Shown piece after piece: positions 32,335 through 41,035 of a stretch of 64,000 nucleotides of DNA. Numbering within the stretch: position 1 is the stretch's first letter; every line of letters begins with the position of its first letter. A program made the translations under genes and the position numbers. The stretch spans positions 866 to 64,865 of the forward strand of contig JBGSTS010000073.1 of the NCBI GenBank assembly GCA_041736435.1, in the 5' to 3' direction. Source of the stretch: Desulfobacterales bacterium (GTDB taxonomy: Bacteria; Desulfobacterota; Desulfobacteria; Desulfobacterales; SpSt-501). The notes beneath the pieces were generated by a model. The model had not been told where the DNA came from. It did not search any database and saw nothing but the letters and a program-made list of their open reading frames with translations.

Positions 32335-33302
32335 ACATCCTGGTCACGGGCGGCGCAGGCTACATCGGCGCCCACTGCTGCAAAGAGCTCGCCGCGCACG
32401 GCTTCCATCCGGTAGTCTTCGACGACCTCTCGAAGGGCCACCGCGACAACGTCCGCTGGGGCGACTTCTATCAGGGCAGCACCGACAGTCTTGGCGACCT
32501 CAGGGGGTGCCTGGGGCGCTTCCGGGTCGACGCCGTCATGCACTTTGCCGCCTTCATCGAGGTCGGGGAGTCCGTCGCCGATCCGGCGACCTACTATCGG
32601 AACAACGTTTGCGGCTCGCTCAATCTCCTGCACGCCATGGTGCAGCGCGGAATTCGGCACCTGGTCTTCTCATCCTCGGCGGCGGTCTATGGCAACCCCA
32701 CGCAGGTGCCGATCGATGAGGAGCATGCCCGGGCGCCTCTCAGCCCCTATGGCTGGAGCAAACAGATGGTGGAGACCATGCTGGCCGATTTCGGCACCGC
32801 CTGGGGGCTGCGCGCAATGGCGCTGCGCTATTTCAACGCCGCCGGCGCAGACGCTTCCGGGGAAATCGGGGAGCAGCACACCCCCGAAAGCCACCTGATC
32901 CCCAGGCTGTTGAATGCCGCCATAGCCGGCAGCCCGTTCCAGGTCTACGGGACGGATTATGCGACGCCGGACGGAACCTGCATCCGGGACTACATCCATG
33001 TAACGGACCTGGCCCGAGCGCATGTGGCCGCGCTCGAGCATCTGCTGAACGGGTGGGCGGGCGGCGCCTTCAACCTGGGCCAGGGCCGGGGGTTTTCCGT
33101 GAGGGAGGTCATCCGCAAGGCCATGGAGATTACCGGCCGGCCGATTCTGGTTCACGAGGCCGCACGGCGTCCGGGGGATGCGCCCGTGCTGATCGCTTCC
33201 AACGAAAAAGCCCGGCGCGAGCTGGGCTGGACACCAAACCACAGCGGCCTGGAGAACGTTATTGCCACTGCCTGGCAATGGCACCAGCGCTTGCGCTGCT
33301 GA
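32331..33302 (+). CDS. galE: UDP-glucose 4-epimerase
   Basis: ILVTGGAGYIG, FSSSAAVYG, YGWSK, LRYFNAAGA, DGTCIRDYIHV; ATGA overlap with the upstream stop. Confidence 0.95.
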   Translation: MNILVTGGAGYIGAHCCKELAAHGFHPVVFDDLSKGHRDNVRWGDFYQGSTDSLGDLRGCLGRFRVDAVMHFAAFIEVGESVADPATYYRNNVCGSLNLLHAMVQRGIRHLVFSSSAAVYGNPTQVPIDEEHARAPLSPYGWSKQMVETMLADFGTAWGLRAMALRYFNAAGADASGEIGEQHTPESHLIPRLLNAAIAGSPFQVYGTDYATPDGTCIRDYIHVTDLARAHVAALEHLLNGWAGGAFNLGQGRGFSVREVIRKAMEITGRPILVHEAARRPGDAPVLIASNEKARRELGWTPNHSGLENVIATAWQWHQRLRC

Positions 33303-33312
33303 GGAATATCCG

Positions 33313-34683
33313 ATGCCCGAACGCATTCTCATCATCGGTGAACTCGCGGGCGAGGTGGACGCCTATGCCGACAGCCTGGCGCAGGACTACACCCTCAGCC
33401 TGGCCCCCAGCATTCTGGAGGCAGGCAAACGCCTCCAGAAAGAAGCCTTCGCCCTGATCCTGTGCGACCTCCGCGACGACTGCAAGGACATCGCCGAGAT
33501 CATCGCCACGCTTCAGCGGTTGTCGCCGTCCACGCCGATCGTCGTCGCCTCCCAATCTTCGGATGCCCATCAGATCGTGGCGGCCGTCAAGGCCGGTGCC
33601 GCGGATTTCATCACTACGCCGTTCGTCAGTGAAAAACTGCGTCTTGCGGTGCGCCGCGCCCTCGAGCATCGCAGTCTTAAAAATGAAATCGACTATCTGC
33701 GGCGCGAGCAGGATGTGATCTACGACCCCCAGCAGATCATCGCCGTCAGCCCCGCGATGCAAAAGACCATGGCCGGCATTCAGCGCCTGGCCCAGACCGA
33801 GTCCACCATATTGATCACCGGCGAAACCGGAACCGGCAAGAGCTTTGCCTCCGGCAATATCCATTTCAACAGTCCCCGCCGCCACAAACCGTTCGTCAAG
33901 GTGAACTGCGCCAACATCCCGGAGACGTTGCTGGAGAGCGAATTGTTCGGCCACGAGCGGGGCGCCTTCACCGGTGCCGACAAAACCCGCAACGGCCGCT
34001 TCGAGCAGGCACATGGCGGAACGCTCTTCCTGGACGAGTTCTGTGAGCTGTCCTTCGGGTTGCAGTCCAAGCTGCTGCGGGTGCTCGAAGACAAGTCCTT
34101 CGAACGGTTGGGCGGCAACAAAACCATCCAGGTCGATGTGCGGGTCATTGCCGCCACCAACCGCGACATCGAGTCCCTCGTGCGCCAAGGCCGGTTCCGG
34201 GAGGACCTCTACTACCGCATCAACGTGCTGCGAACCCACCTGCCTCCGCTGCGGGAGCGGCAGGCGGACATCGAGCCGCTGTCCTGTTACCTGTTGAACA
34301 AACTCAGCCGCTCGCTGAAAAAAGCCGCCACGGGGTTTTCCCCGGAGGTAATTCGTATGTTCCAGGAGTACCCCTGGCCCGGCAACATCCGCCAGCTCTC
34401 CAACACCATCGAGCGGGCGGTTCTGGTGGAGGAAGGACCCCGCATCCAGCCCGAGAGCGTTTCGCTGCCCGAGCTTCAAAAACCGGCTTCGGCAGCGGTG
34501 GAGCCACCCCCGGGCCTCAAGCTCACGGCCGACCAGGAAAAAGATCTCATTTTCAAAGCGCTCCGGGAAAACCTCTGGATACAGAAGGATGCTGCCCGCC
34601 AGCTGGGCATCTCCCCGCGGGCCCTGAACTACCGTGTCAAAAAATTCGGTATCAGCCACCACCGCTGGCGCAAGAACAAATAA
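33313..34683 (+). CDS. Sigma54-dependent enhancer-binding protein with atypical receiver domain
   Basis: ITGETGTGKS, ESELFGHERGAFTGA, LFLDE, FREDLYYRI, WPGNIRQL, Fis-type HTH. Confidence 0.92.
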   Translation: MPERILIIGELAGEVDAYADSLAQDYTLSLAPSILEAGKRLQKEAFALILCDLRDDCKDIAEIIATLQRLSPSTPIVVASQSSDAHQIVAAVKAGAADFITTPFVSEKLRLAVRRALEHRSLKNEIDYLRREQDVIYDPQQIIAVSPAMQKTMAGIQRLAQTESTILITGETGTGKSFASGNIHFNSPRRHKPFVKVNCANIPETLLESELFGHERGAFTGADKTRNGRFEQAHGGTLFLDEFCELSFGLQSKLLRVLEDKSFERLGGNKTIQVDVRVIAATNRDIESLVRQGRFREDLYYRINVLRTHLPPLRERQADIEPLSCYLLNKLSRSLKKAATGFSPEVIRMFQEYPWPGNIRQLSNTIERAVLVEEGPRIQPESVSLPELQKPASAAVEPPPGLKLTADQEKDLIFKALRENLWIQKDAARQLGISPRALNYRVKKFGISHHRWRKNK

Positions 34684-34693
34684 TACGAACCCC

Positions 34694-34726
34694 GTGACGA
34701 TCCAGAACCTGCTGGGCCACTTTAGG
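34694..34726 (+). pseudogene. Possible tyrosine recombinase scar
   Basis: Translates as VTIQNLLGHFR, resembling the IQxLLGH box of XerC/D-family integrases; lies where sequence style changes. Very short, could be chance. Confidence 0.3.
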
Positions 34727-34812
34727 GATCCGTTTCCGGTAGAATGCGATTCTATCGCAATAAAGAATAATTTCCTATGGCAAAGAAAAAGCGTGATCTG
34801 GATAGGGCGGCA

Positions 34813-35388
34813 TCAATAGTTTTCGGCATAGAGCTCAAAAAAGGCCTGTGGATGTGAACAGGTCGGACACGTAAGAGGTGCTTCGAAGGCCTCGACGACA
34901 CGTCCGCACTCCCTGCATCTCCAATAGACTTTCTGTGGCTTCTTGAAGACGCTTTTGTTCTGCACGGCTTCAGCCAGTTTGTTGTAACGCCGTTCGTGCC
35001 ATTCCTCCACGGCGCCTACCTGCTTGAAAAGCTCTGCCGCATCTCGAAATCCTTCCTGGGTGGCTTCGTCGGCAAAGCCTGTATAAAGAGTGGTCCATTC
35101 GTGTCGCTCGCCAGCAGCCGCCGCTTTCAATTGAGCCAAAGTGTCGCCACCGACCCCTGCCGGGTAACTCGCGGTGATCGTCGCCTCCCCGCCCTGAAGC
35201 AGCTTGAAAAAGAGCTTGGCATGTTGCTTCTCGTCATCTGAGGTTTCAAGGAAAAGGCTGTTGATCTGTTCATAACCCTCTTTTCGAGCAATGCTTGCTG
35301 CGAATGAGTAACGGTTACGTGCCTGCGACTCGCCTGCAAAAGCGGCAAGCAGATTGTGTTCCGTCTTGGATCCTTTCAACGTCGGCAT
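34813..35388 (-). CDS. rbr: Rubrerythrin
   Basis: NLLAAFAGESQARNRY, EKQHAK, GERHE, EEWHE, C-terminal WRCRECG...CPTCSHP. Confidence 0.95.
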   Translation of the reverse strand: MPTLKGSKTEHNLLAAFAGESQARNRYSFAASIARKEGYEQINSLFLETSDDEKQHAKLFFKLLQGGEATITASYPAGVGGDTLAQLKAAAAGERHEWTTLYTGFADEATQEGFRDAAELFKQVGAVEEWHERRYNKLAEAVQNKSVFKKPQKVYWRCRECGRVVEAFEAPLTCPTCSHPQAFFELYAENY

Positions 35389-35477
35389 GATTACGCTCCT
35401 CCTCCATCTTTGGTTTAATTTAGGTTAGGTGTTCGAAAATGGCATCGCTGCACGACTGTATTTTGCGGTATGGGACA

Positions 35478-35978
35478 TTACAGAATACCTTTGTTGCGCA
35501 ATGCATGAGCCACTAAAAACGTCTGCCACTCCTTGTCGGCACTGCCCCAGGTGCCGTCACGGTTTTGGCCTTCGATAACGTGTTTCAATGCATTGTCGAA
35601 TTGGGCATTGGCCTCAGGCATACTGAGGTGAGCCATAGCATTGAAGGCCTGGAAAAAGGGGATTTTGGCGCCCCAGTCGCCGTGTGGGGTCTGCTTAGAG
35701 GCAAACCATGATACGGCTGATCGGGTCGCCGGCCGGAATCGATCATCCGGATGCACGACCAATGCTCGCAGTGCATTGTGCATGGCGGCCGCGTTACGGC
35801 GAAACGCTGCGGATTCGGCCACATTGGCCGCCAATTGTGCGTAAATTGGATCAACTTCCGGATCGGTTGCTTTGCCGAAAATGGCCGCCAGAAAAAGCGA
35901 CGCCGGCCCGATGAAAAATTCCCAGCGTGTCGCGGCAAATGGAAGTCCGCTGATGAACCGATTCCCATAAGCCGTGTG
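35478..35978 (-). pseudogene. 5'-truncated remnant of an alpha-helical (prenyltransferase/QW-repeat-like) protein
   Basis: Frame is open from a TAG at 35979-35981 with no convincing start; QW-like repeats KQTPHGDWG and GQNRDGTWG. Confidence 0.5.
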
Positions 35979-36274
35979 CTATGTCAGAAATTCTCGGATC
36001 TTGTGGCCAGCTGGATATTTTGATCGATAGTATTCCGTGCAAGCGGATATGGCAAATCAATAATTGATCCCATGCTTTTCCAGAGGCCTTGGGTTATAAG
36101 AACAGTTACCTTGGAGTTCAATTCCACCTTAAAAACTGGTACAAAACCTGGGGGCAAGCCGCTGCCCAGCGCAAGGGCTATGAATCAATTTCCCGGCAGA
36201 GAGATTTTCGCCGACAACCCTTTTTTACGCCAGGCAGAAATTTACCGGCGGGACCTCAATAGGTTGTAAAAGGG

Positions 36275-38272
36275 ATGAACATTCGGAATAAACTGGAAAT
36301 CCTGGCCGGCGCGGCCAAATACGACGTTTCCTGCGCCTCCAGCGGCAGCCGGCGCGAAAACCGGAACGGCCGCCTCGGCAACGCCGCGCCCAGCGGCATC
36401 TGCCACTCGTTTACAGAAGACGGCCGTTGCGTATCGCTCTTGAAGGTCCTGTTCACCAACTTCTGCATCTACGACTGCGCCTACTGCGCCAACCGCGCCA
36501 GCAACGACCTCCCCCGTGCGGCCTTTACGCCGGCCGAGCTGGCCGACCTGACCATCGACTTCTACCGGCGCAATTTCATCGAGGGCCTTTTCCTGAGCTC
36601 CGGGGTGATCCGCAGCCCGGACGACACTATGGAGCTGTTGATCCGCACCGTGCGCGATTTGCGCTCCCGCGGGTTCAACGGATACATTCATCTGAAATGT
36701 GTGCCTTACACGAGCCGCCCTCTGATCCGCGAGGCCGGACTGCACGCCGACCGTCTGAGCGTCAACATCGAGCTTCCATCGGAGGACAGCCTGAGGCGAC
36801 TGGCCGGCGACAAGACGTATCGCTCTGTCCTCGAACCGATGGGGGTCATACGTGAAACCATTCTCGAAACCAGCGAGGACCGCAGACGCTTAAAAAGAGT
36901 ACCTGCTTTTGCGCCGGCCGGTCAGAGCACCCAGTTGATCATCGGCGCCAGCCCCGAATCGGACTACGACATCCTGCACGTATCGGACAGACTCTACCAG
37001 GATCAAGCCCTCAAACGCGTCTATTATTCCGGTTATGTCCCCATCAACGCAGCGGACCCCAGGCTGCCGGAGCTTGCGGAGCCGCCGCTGACGCGTGAGA
37101 ACCGGCTCTATCAGGCCGATTGGCTGATGCGGCTGTACGGTTATTCGGTGGAGGAAGTCATCCGGCCCGAAGAACCTTATCTGGATCTCAAGATCGATCC
37201 CAAGCTTGCCTTTGCACGGCGGCAGCCGGATCTGTTCCCGGTGGACATCAACTCGGCCGACTATTCCATGATCCTCAAAGTCCCGGGAATCGGCCTGCGC
37301 TCGGCCAAACGCATCGTCAGCCTGCGTCGGCAGGGGAAAATCCGTTACGAACACTTGCAGCAGATGGGGGTGGCGCTCAACCGCGCCAGGAATTTCATTT
37401 TCTGCCCCGGCCAACCCGAGACTGACCGGTCGACCCCTCGCCCTGGCTTTGCGCCTCAGACGGCTTTGTCGACCGGCCGAAAACCATCGCCGGCCGTGCC
37501 TTCATCGACATGCTCGGCATTGCCGTTGGTCTTTTTAAGCGACGGGACCTTTGATGGACTGTTGACAGCCATATTCGAGACCTACGATAGAAAGGTCGAA
37601 CCGGTTCAGATCCGGCCCCGGGCAGACCATCGGCCGTCGCTTTTTGAGAGCTGCGTGGAAATAGCGTGTGATCCGGAAAAGGCCAAGCGAGTGTGGAGAG
37701 GCCTCAAGCGGCATCTGGGTTCAGAGGCCAGGTCGCAGATCCATCAGGCCTACCTGACCGGAGAACCGGATGTCGAAACCCTGATCTACCGTCGCATTCG
37801 GCTGGCCCTGCCGCTTCGCGGAAAAAGCGCGGATGTGGAGGCCCCGGCCATCTGTCTCGCCATCGAGCGCCTCAGCCAAAAAGTCCGCCGGGAGGCACAC
37901 CGCATGAAGGGACTGGTGCGCTTTACAAAAACGGAACCCGATCTTTTTTGGGCCATGATCAACCCGCGCTACGACATCCTGCCTCTTGTACGCCGGCATT
38001 TTGAAAAGCGCTACGCTGACCAAAGTTGGGTCATTTTTGATACCGTCAGAAATTATGGACTGTATTTCGATAAACAGAAAACCAGAGAGATGCGGTCTTA
38101 TTCCGGGCCTTTTCCAAGGGATTTCGAGGCGTCCGACGCCGATGAGGAGACCTGCCGGCAACTCTGGAAAACCTATTTCATCGCAGTCAACATCACTGAA
38201 CGCAACAACCCCAGGCTGCATTTACGCCAACTGCCGCGGCGATACTGGCAGTACCTGCCGGAGAAAGGCTGA
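36275..38272 (+). CDS. Putative DNA modification/repair radical SAM protein (TIGR03916-like) fused to a DUF4130/TIGR03915-like domain
   Basis: AKYDVSCASSG, GICHSF.EDGRC, CIYDCAYC (CxxxCxxC), PAGQSTQ, RLYQADWLMR, HhH VPGIGLRSA; then DGTFDGLLTAIF, EAHRMKGLVRF, HFEKRYADQ, PRRYWQYLPE. Confidence 0.9.
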   Translation: MNIRNKLEILAGAAKYDVSCASSGSRRENRNGRLGNAAPSGICHSFTEDGRCVSLLKVLFTNFCIYDCAYCANRASNDLPRAAFTPAELADLTIDFYRRNFIEGLFLSSGVIRSPDDTMELLIRTVRDLRSRGFNGYIHLKCVPYTSRPLIREAGLHADRLSVNIELPSEDSLRRLAGDKTYRSVLEPMGVIRETILETSEDRRRLKRVPAFAPAGQSTQLIIGASPESDYDILHVSDRLYQDQALKRVYYSGYVPINAADPRLPELAEPPLTRENRLYQADWLMRLYGYSVEEVIRPEEPYLDLKIDPKLAFARRQPDLFPVDINSADYSMILKVPGIGLRSAKRIVSLRRQGKIRYEHLQQMGVALNRARNFIFCPGQPETDRSTPRPGFAPQTALSTGRKPSPAVPSSTCSALPLVFLSDGTFDGLLTAIFETYDRKVEPVQIRPRADHRPSLFESCVEIACDPEKAKRVWRGLKRHLGSEARSQIHQAYLTGEPDVETLIYRRIRLALPLRGKSADVEAPAICLAIERLSQKVRREAHRMKGLVRFTKTEPDLFWAMINPRYDILPLVRRHFEKRYADQSWVIFDTVRNYGLYFDKQKTREMRSYSGPFPRDFEASDADEETCRQLWKTYFIAVNITERNNPRLHLRQLPRRYWQYLPEKG

Positions 38273-38545
38273 ATGGCCGGCTGGTGGCCAACGGCGATGC
38301 CCCCTTGCTGGCAAAGGCGATCGATCGAGTGGCTTCACGGTCAGCGGCAAGATTTGCCGCAGCGATCCGGCAGACCGAGCAGGAGTTTGCCTAGCCGCAT
38401 ATCGCCTCCGCCGTGTGGATCGGGTGCACGGTCAGAGCCCCATACCAATAGAATTAATGATAAAGAACCGATTGATTTTAGCGCGCCCATTCTCACCTCA
38501 TCTTGAATTTACTTATTAAGCCTGCTCAGGCACGCATTTGAGTAC

Positions 38546-38580
38546 AAAAAAAGGGCTCAGATAAATTCTCTGAGCCCTTT
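38546..38580 (-). terminator. Intrinsic terminator
   Basis: AAAGGGCTCAGA / TCTGAGCCCTTT inverted repeat with T7 tract on minus, about 20 bp after the stop at 38600. Confidence 0.8.
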
Positions 38581-38599
38581 CTTGGATGATTTACAAAAT

Positions 38600-38911
38600 T
38601 CAGCCCGCAATCGACACTGGTGAATGTTTCCCGATATATTCCATGGTCTCTTCGTATTTGCCGCGCATATCGACCGAGCCACTGTCGATATCCTTCTTCT
38701 GGGGGGTCCACTCGGTGGGGCACTCGTTTTTCAGCTGTTCGATGCGGGACGACATGTCAGTGATGAGAATGTTCAGATCTTGAATGTTGGGCAACACTTT
38801 TTCTAATTCCTTGGATCCAAGGCTTTCGACCTTACGGGTAAGGTCATACATTTTCGCCTTCCATGCGATCAATTCCATTTCCATGCCTTTGCAGTAGTCA
38901 ATAACGTTCAT
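38600..38911 (-). CDS. Hypothetical helical protein
   Basis: 103-aa ORF with AAGGAGG RBS and its own terminator. Confidence 0.75.
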   Translation of the reverse strand: MNVIDYCKGMEMELIAWKAKMYDLTRKVESLGSKELEKVLPNIQDLNILITDMSSRIEQLKNECPTEWTPQKKDIDSGSVDMRGKYEETMEYIGKHSPVSIAG

Positions 38912-39181
38912 GAGTTCCTCCTTTTAGAATGTTTTTACCTTTGCTGCAGTTTGTGTCTGTTATACGCTAAATTTAAATATACCGTCAATGATTTTTCAGG
39001 TCCTTGGCTTTGTCAAAAAGCACTAACATCAATCAAACGGCACCCTAACATGACTTGGAAATCTGCCGGATTGCCAATTGACAATTTTCAGTCCGGTGGG
39101 TTGGAAATTCAGCTGTATGTGAAATGTTTTATCGAAAGGCAACCCTGATTGACGCGTCCGATCCGATCACGGTGTATCATT

Positions 39182-39325
39182 CGCCACCACCACCGCTTCG
39201 CCGATACGGACGAAGACCCGCATTCCCCCTTGCGCCATGAGTTCTGGTGGAGCCACATCGACATAACGTACTATCTTCTCAAATTGATGTCCTGGGTGGG
39301 AATCGTATGGGGTTTAAGACCCGTA
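39182..39325 (+). pseudogene. Acyl-CoA (delta-9-type) desaturase relic with internal deletion
   Basis: His-box RHHHRFADTDEDPHSP...FWWSH joined directly to the usual C-terminal IDITYYLLKLMSWVGIVWGLRPV. Confidence 0.7.
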
Positions 39326-39615
39326 TGTTTGCGATGGGTGATGTCGGCATTCCCGCCCTGGGCATGGAAGCTATTCCGAAGCAGGTCGGCAGCTTGATCG
39401 AGCCCGATCGCTTTAGATTCGACAGCAAAGTTCAATCCATTGACCACGCGCTGCCGGACCAGCCCACCCCTGCTCCCGATCCTATGGCGGCCGTCGGCGA
39501 GCTGCGGCCCGGGATCTTTGTCTGCGGCGAATACGGGAGCCTGCCTTCGATTCAATGGGCCTTGCTGTCAGGGCGCCTAGCTGCCGAAGCGGTTTCAGCG
39601 GCATTGGCCCATTGA
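39322..39615 (+). pseudogene. Flavin-dependent amine-oxidase-family oxidoreductase relic
   Basis: Mid-protein RMFAMGDVGIPALGMEAIPKQ joined to C-terminal IDHALPDQ...GIFVCGEY..PSIQWALLSGRLAAEAV; no N-terminal GxGxxG. Confidence 0.65.
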
Positions 39616-39677
39616 TATCGGAGCTGGCTGTATAACCAAGAGCCCCTGAAAGGGATAGGTTTTTTGATTGAGAGCAG

Positions 39678-40391
39678 TTACCGAAAAACCCTAAGAGTGC
39701 TCATCCCTCCATCAACGTGCAAAACCTGACCGGTGACCCAGTTCGCGGCATCGGAAAGGAGAAAAACGGCCAGGCGGGCAATGTCCTGCGGCGACCCGAT
39801 CCGTTTCATGGGATGGCGCTCCGCGGCCGCTTGACGCTTTTCATCGCTGGACAGCATGCTTGCCGCCAGGGGCGTATCGGTCAACGAAGGGGCGATCGCA
39901 TTCACGCGGATGCGAGGGGCCAATTCGGCGGCCAATGATCTTGTCAGGCCTTCAACGGCACCTTTGGCGGCGGCGATGGATGCATGAAAGGGCATCCCGG
40001 TTGTTACCGCAACCGTGCTGAACAGCACGATAGAAGCGCCGGTGGCCGAATTTTTTAGGTTAGGCAGGCATGCTTTGATCATGTGAGCCGCACCCAGGAA
40101 ATTGACCTGCAGGTCTTCTAACAAATCCTCTCGCGTAAGACGTTGAAACGGCTTGAGCCGGATCGTTCCCGGGCAGTACGCCAGTCCGTGCAACGCCTCC
40201 GGCAAACCCTCCAGAAGGTCAGGGGGCTGGGCGACGTCCAAACTCAGATGATGCACCCCACGAAGGCCGGTGAGTTTATCACTCGTCCTCGACCCCACAT
40301 AGATTTCATCTCCCCGATGCGAAAGCTCGTTGACGATTTCAAGCCCAATTCCCGAGCTTCCCCCGGCGATCAAGTACTTTTTGGCATCCAT
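39678..40391 (-). CDS. SDR-family oxidoreductase
   Basis: IAGGSSGIG, VLFST, IRVNAIAPS, HPMKRIG, VTGQVLHVDGG. Confidence 0.9.
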   Translation of the reverse strand: MDAKKYLIAGGSSGIGLEIVNELSHRGDEIYVGSRTSDKLTGLRGVHHLSLDVAQPPDLLEGLPEALHGLAYCPGTIRLKPFQRLTREDLLEDLQVNFLGAAHMIKACLPNLKNSATGASIVLFSTVAVTTGMPFHASIAAAKGAVEGLTRSLAAELAPRIRVNAIAPSLTDTPLAASMLSSDEKRQAAAERHPMKRIGSPQDIARLAVFLLSDAANWVTGQVLHVDGGMSTLRVFR

Positions 40392-40484
40392 TTCAAAGCC
40401 TCTTTTTAGGCCGCCTAAAATGTGATTTTCATTTGATCCTTTGCGATCACGCAATTCGGCTTTTTCAGACTGTGGATGATACTT

Positions 40485-40928
40485 TCAAAATTTCCGGTCT
40501 TTTTGACGTATCTCATCTTTTCGCATCGGCATTGAGTCGATCAATTGAAAAATCTCTTCCAATCTGACCTGATCGTTTCGTTTGAGCTTTATGCCCCCAT
40601 CTTTGCCCACGAGGATCACCGTAAATTCATCCGGGGCTATCCCAAATTGTTTTCTAATAGATGCGGCTTTCTGGGGTTCTATTCGGCTGCGATTCATTCT
40701 TGACGTTCCGGATTCGAGGATTTCAAAAACCACAAGATCCCGGTCGTCGACATCAGCTTGCCGAGATGAGATTTCATTTGCCAGGCTCTGGAAATTCGAC
40801 TGCGCGTTATCCGCGGCAAAAACTAAAAGCAACCGCTTTTTCCACTGAAGATGTGTAATATCTACATCCATGGTGGTTGCCGGCTGGCTGGTAAAAATCG
40901 AAGCAATGACAATAACCGTCAAGATCAT
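40485..40928 (-). CDS. DUF4174 family exported protein
   Basis: Signal-peptide-like N-terminus; WKKRLLLVFA, ILVGKDGGIK, IDSMPMR. Confidence 0.85.
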   Translation of the reverse strand: MILTVIVIASIFTSQPATTMDVDITHLQWKKRLLLVFAADNAQSNFQSLANEISSRQADVDDRDLVVFEILESGTSRMNRSRIEPQKAASIRKQFGIAPDEFTVILVGKDGGIKLKRNDQVRLEEIFQLIDSMPMRKDEIRQKDRKF

Positions 40929-40982
40929 ATGTCTAAGTCAGATTATAATTTGGTGTATTCGAACCGCCATTTGCCAAATCGC

Positions 40983-41011
40983 AAAGGGAGCGACCCGTCG
41001 CGTCGCTCCCT
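40983..41011 (-). terminator. Probable terminator after encapsulin gene
   Basis: AGGGAGCGAC / GTCGCTCCCT inverted repeat with a short T tract on minus. Confidence 0.55.
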
Positions 41012-41035
41012 GCATCAACAGCCCGAAAAAGCGAT

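Noticed and set aside
38275-38394. Short frame GRLVANGDAPLLAKAIDRVASRSAARFAAAIRQTEQEFA after the radical SAM fusion
   Set aside because: Looks like a possible C-terminal relic but I cannot assign it to any family.
38600-38911. Possible second encapsulin cargo (ends PVSIAG)
   Set aside because: Terminus does not match the LxIGSL pattern and the gene has its own RBS and terminator.
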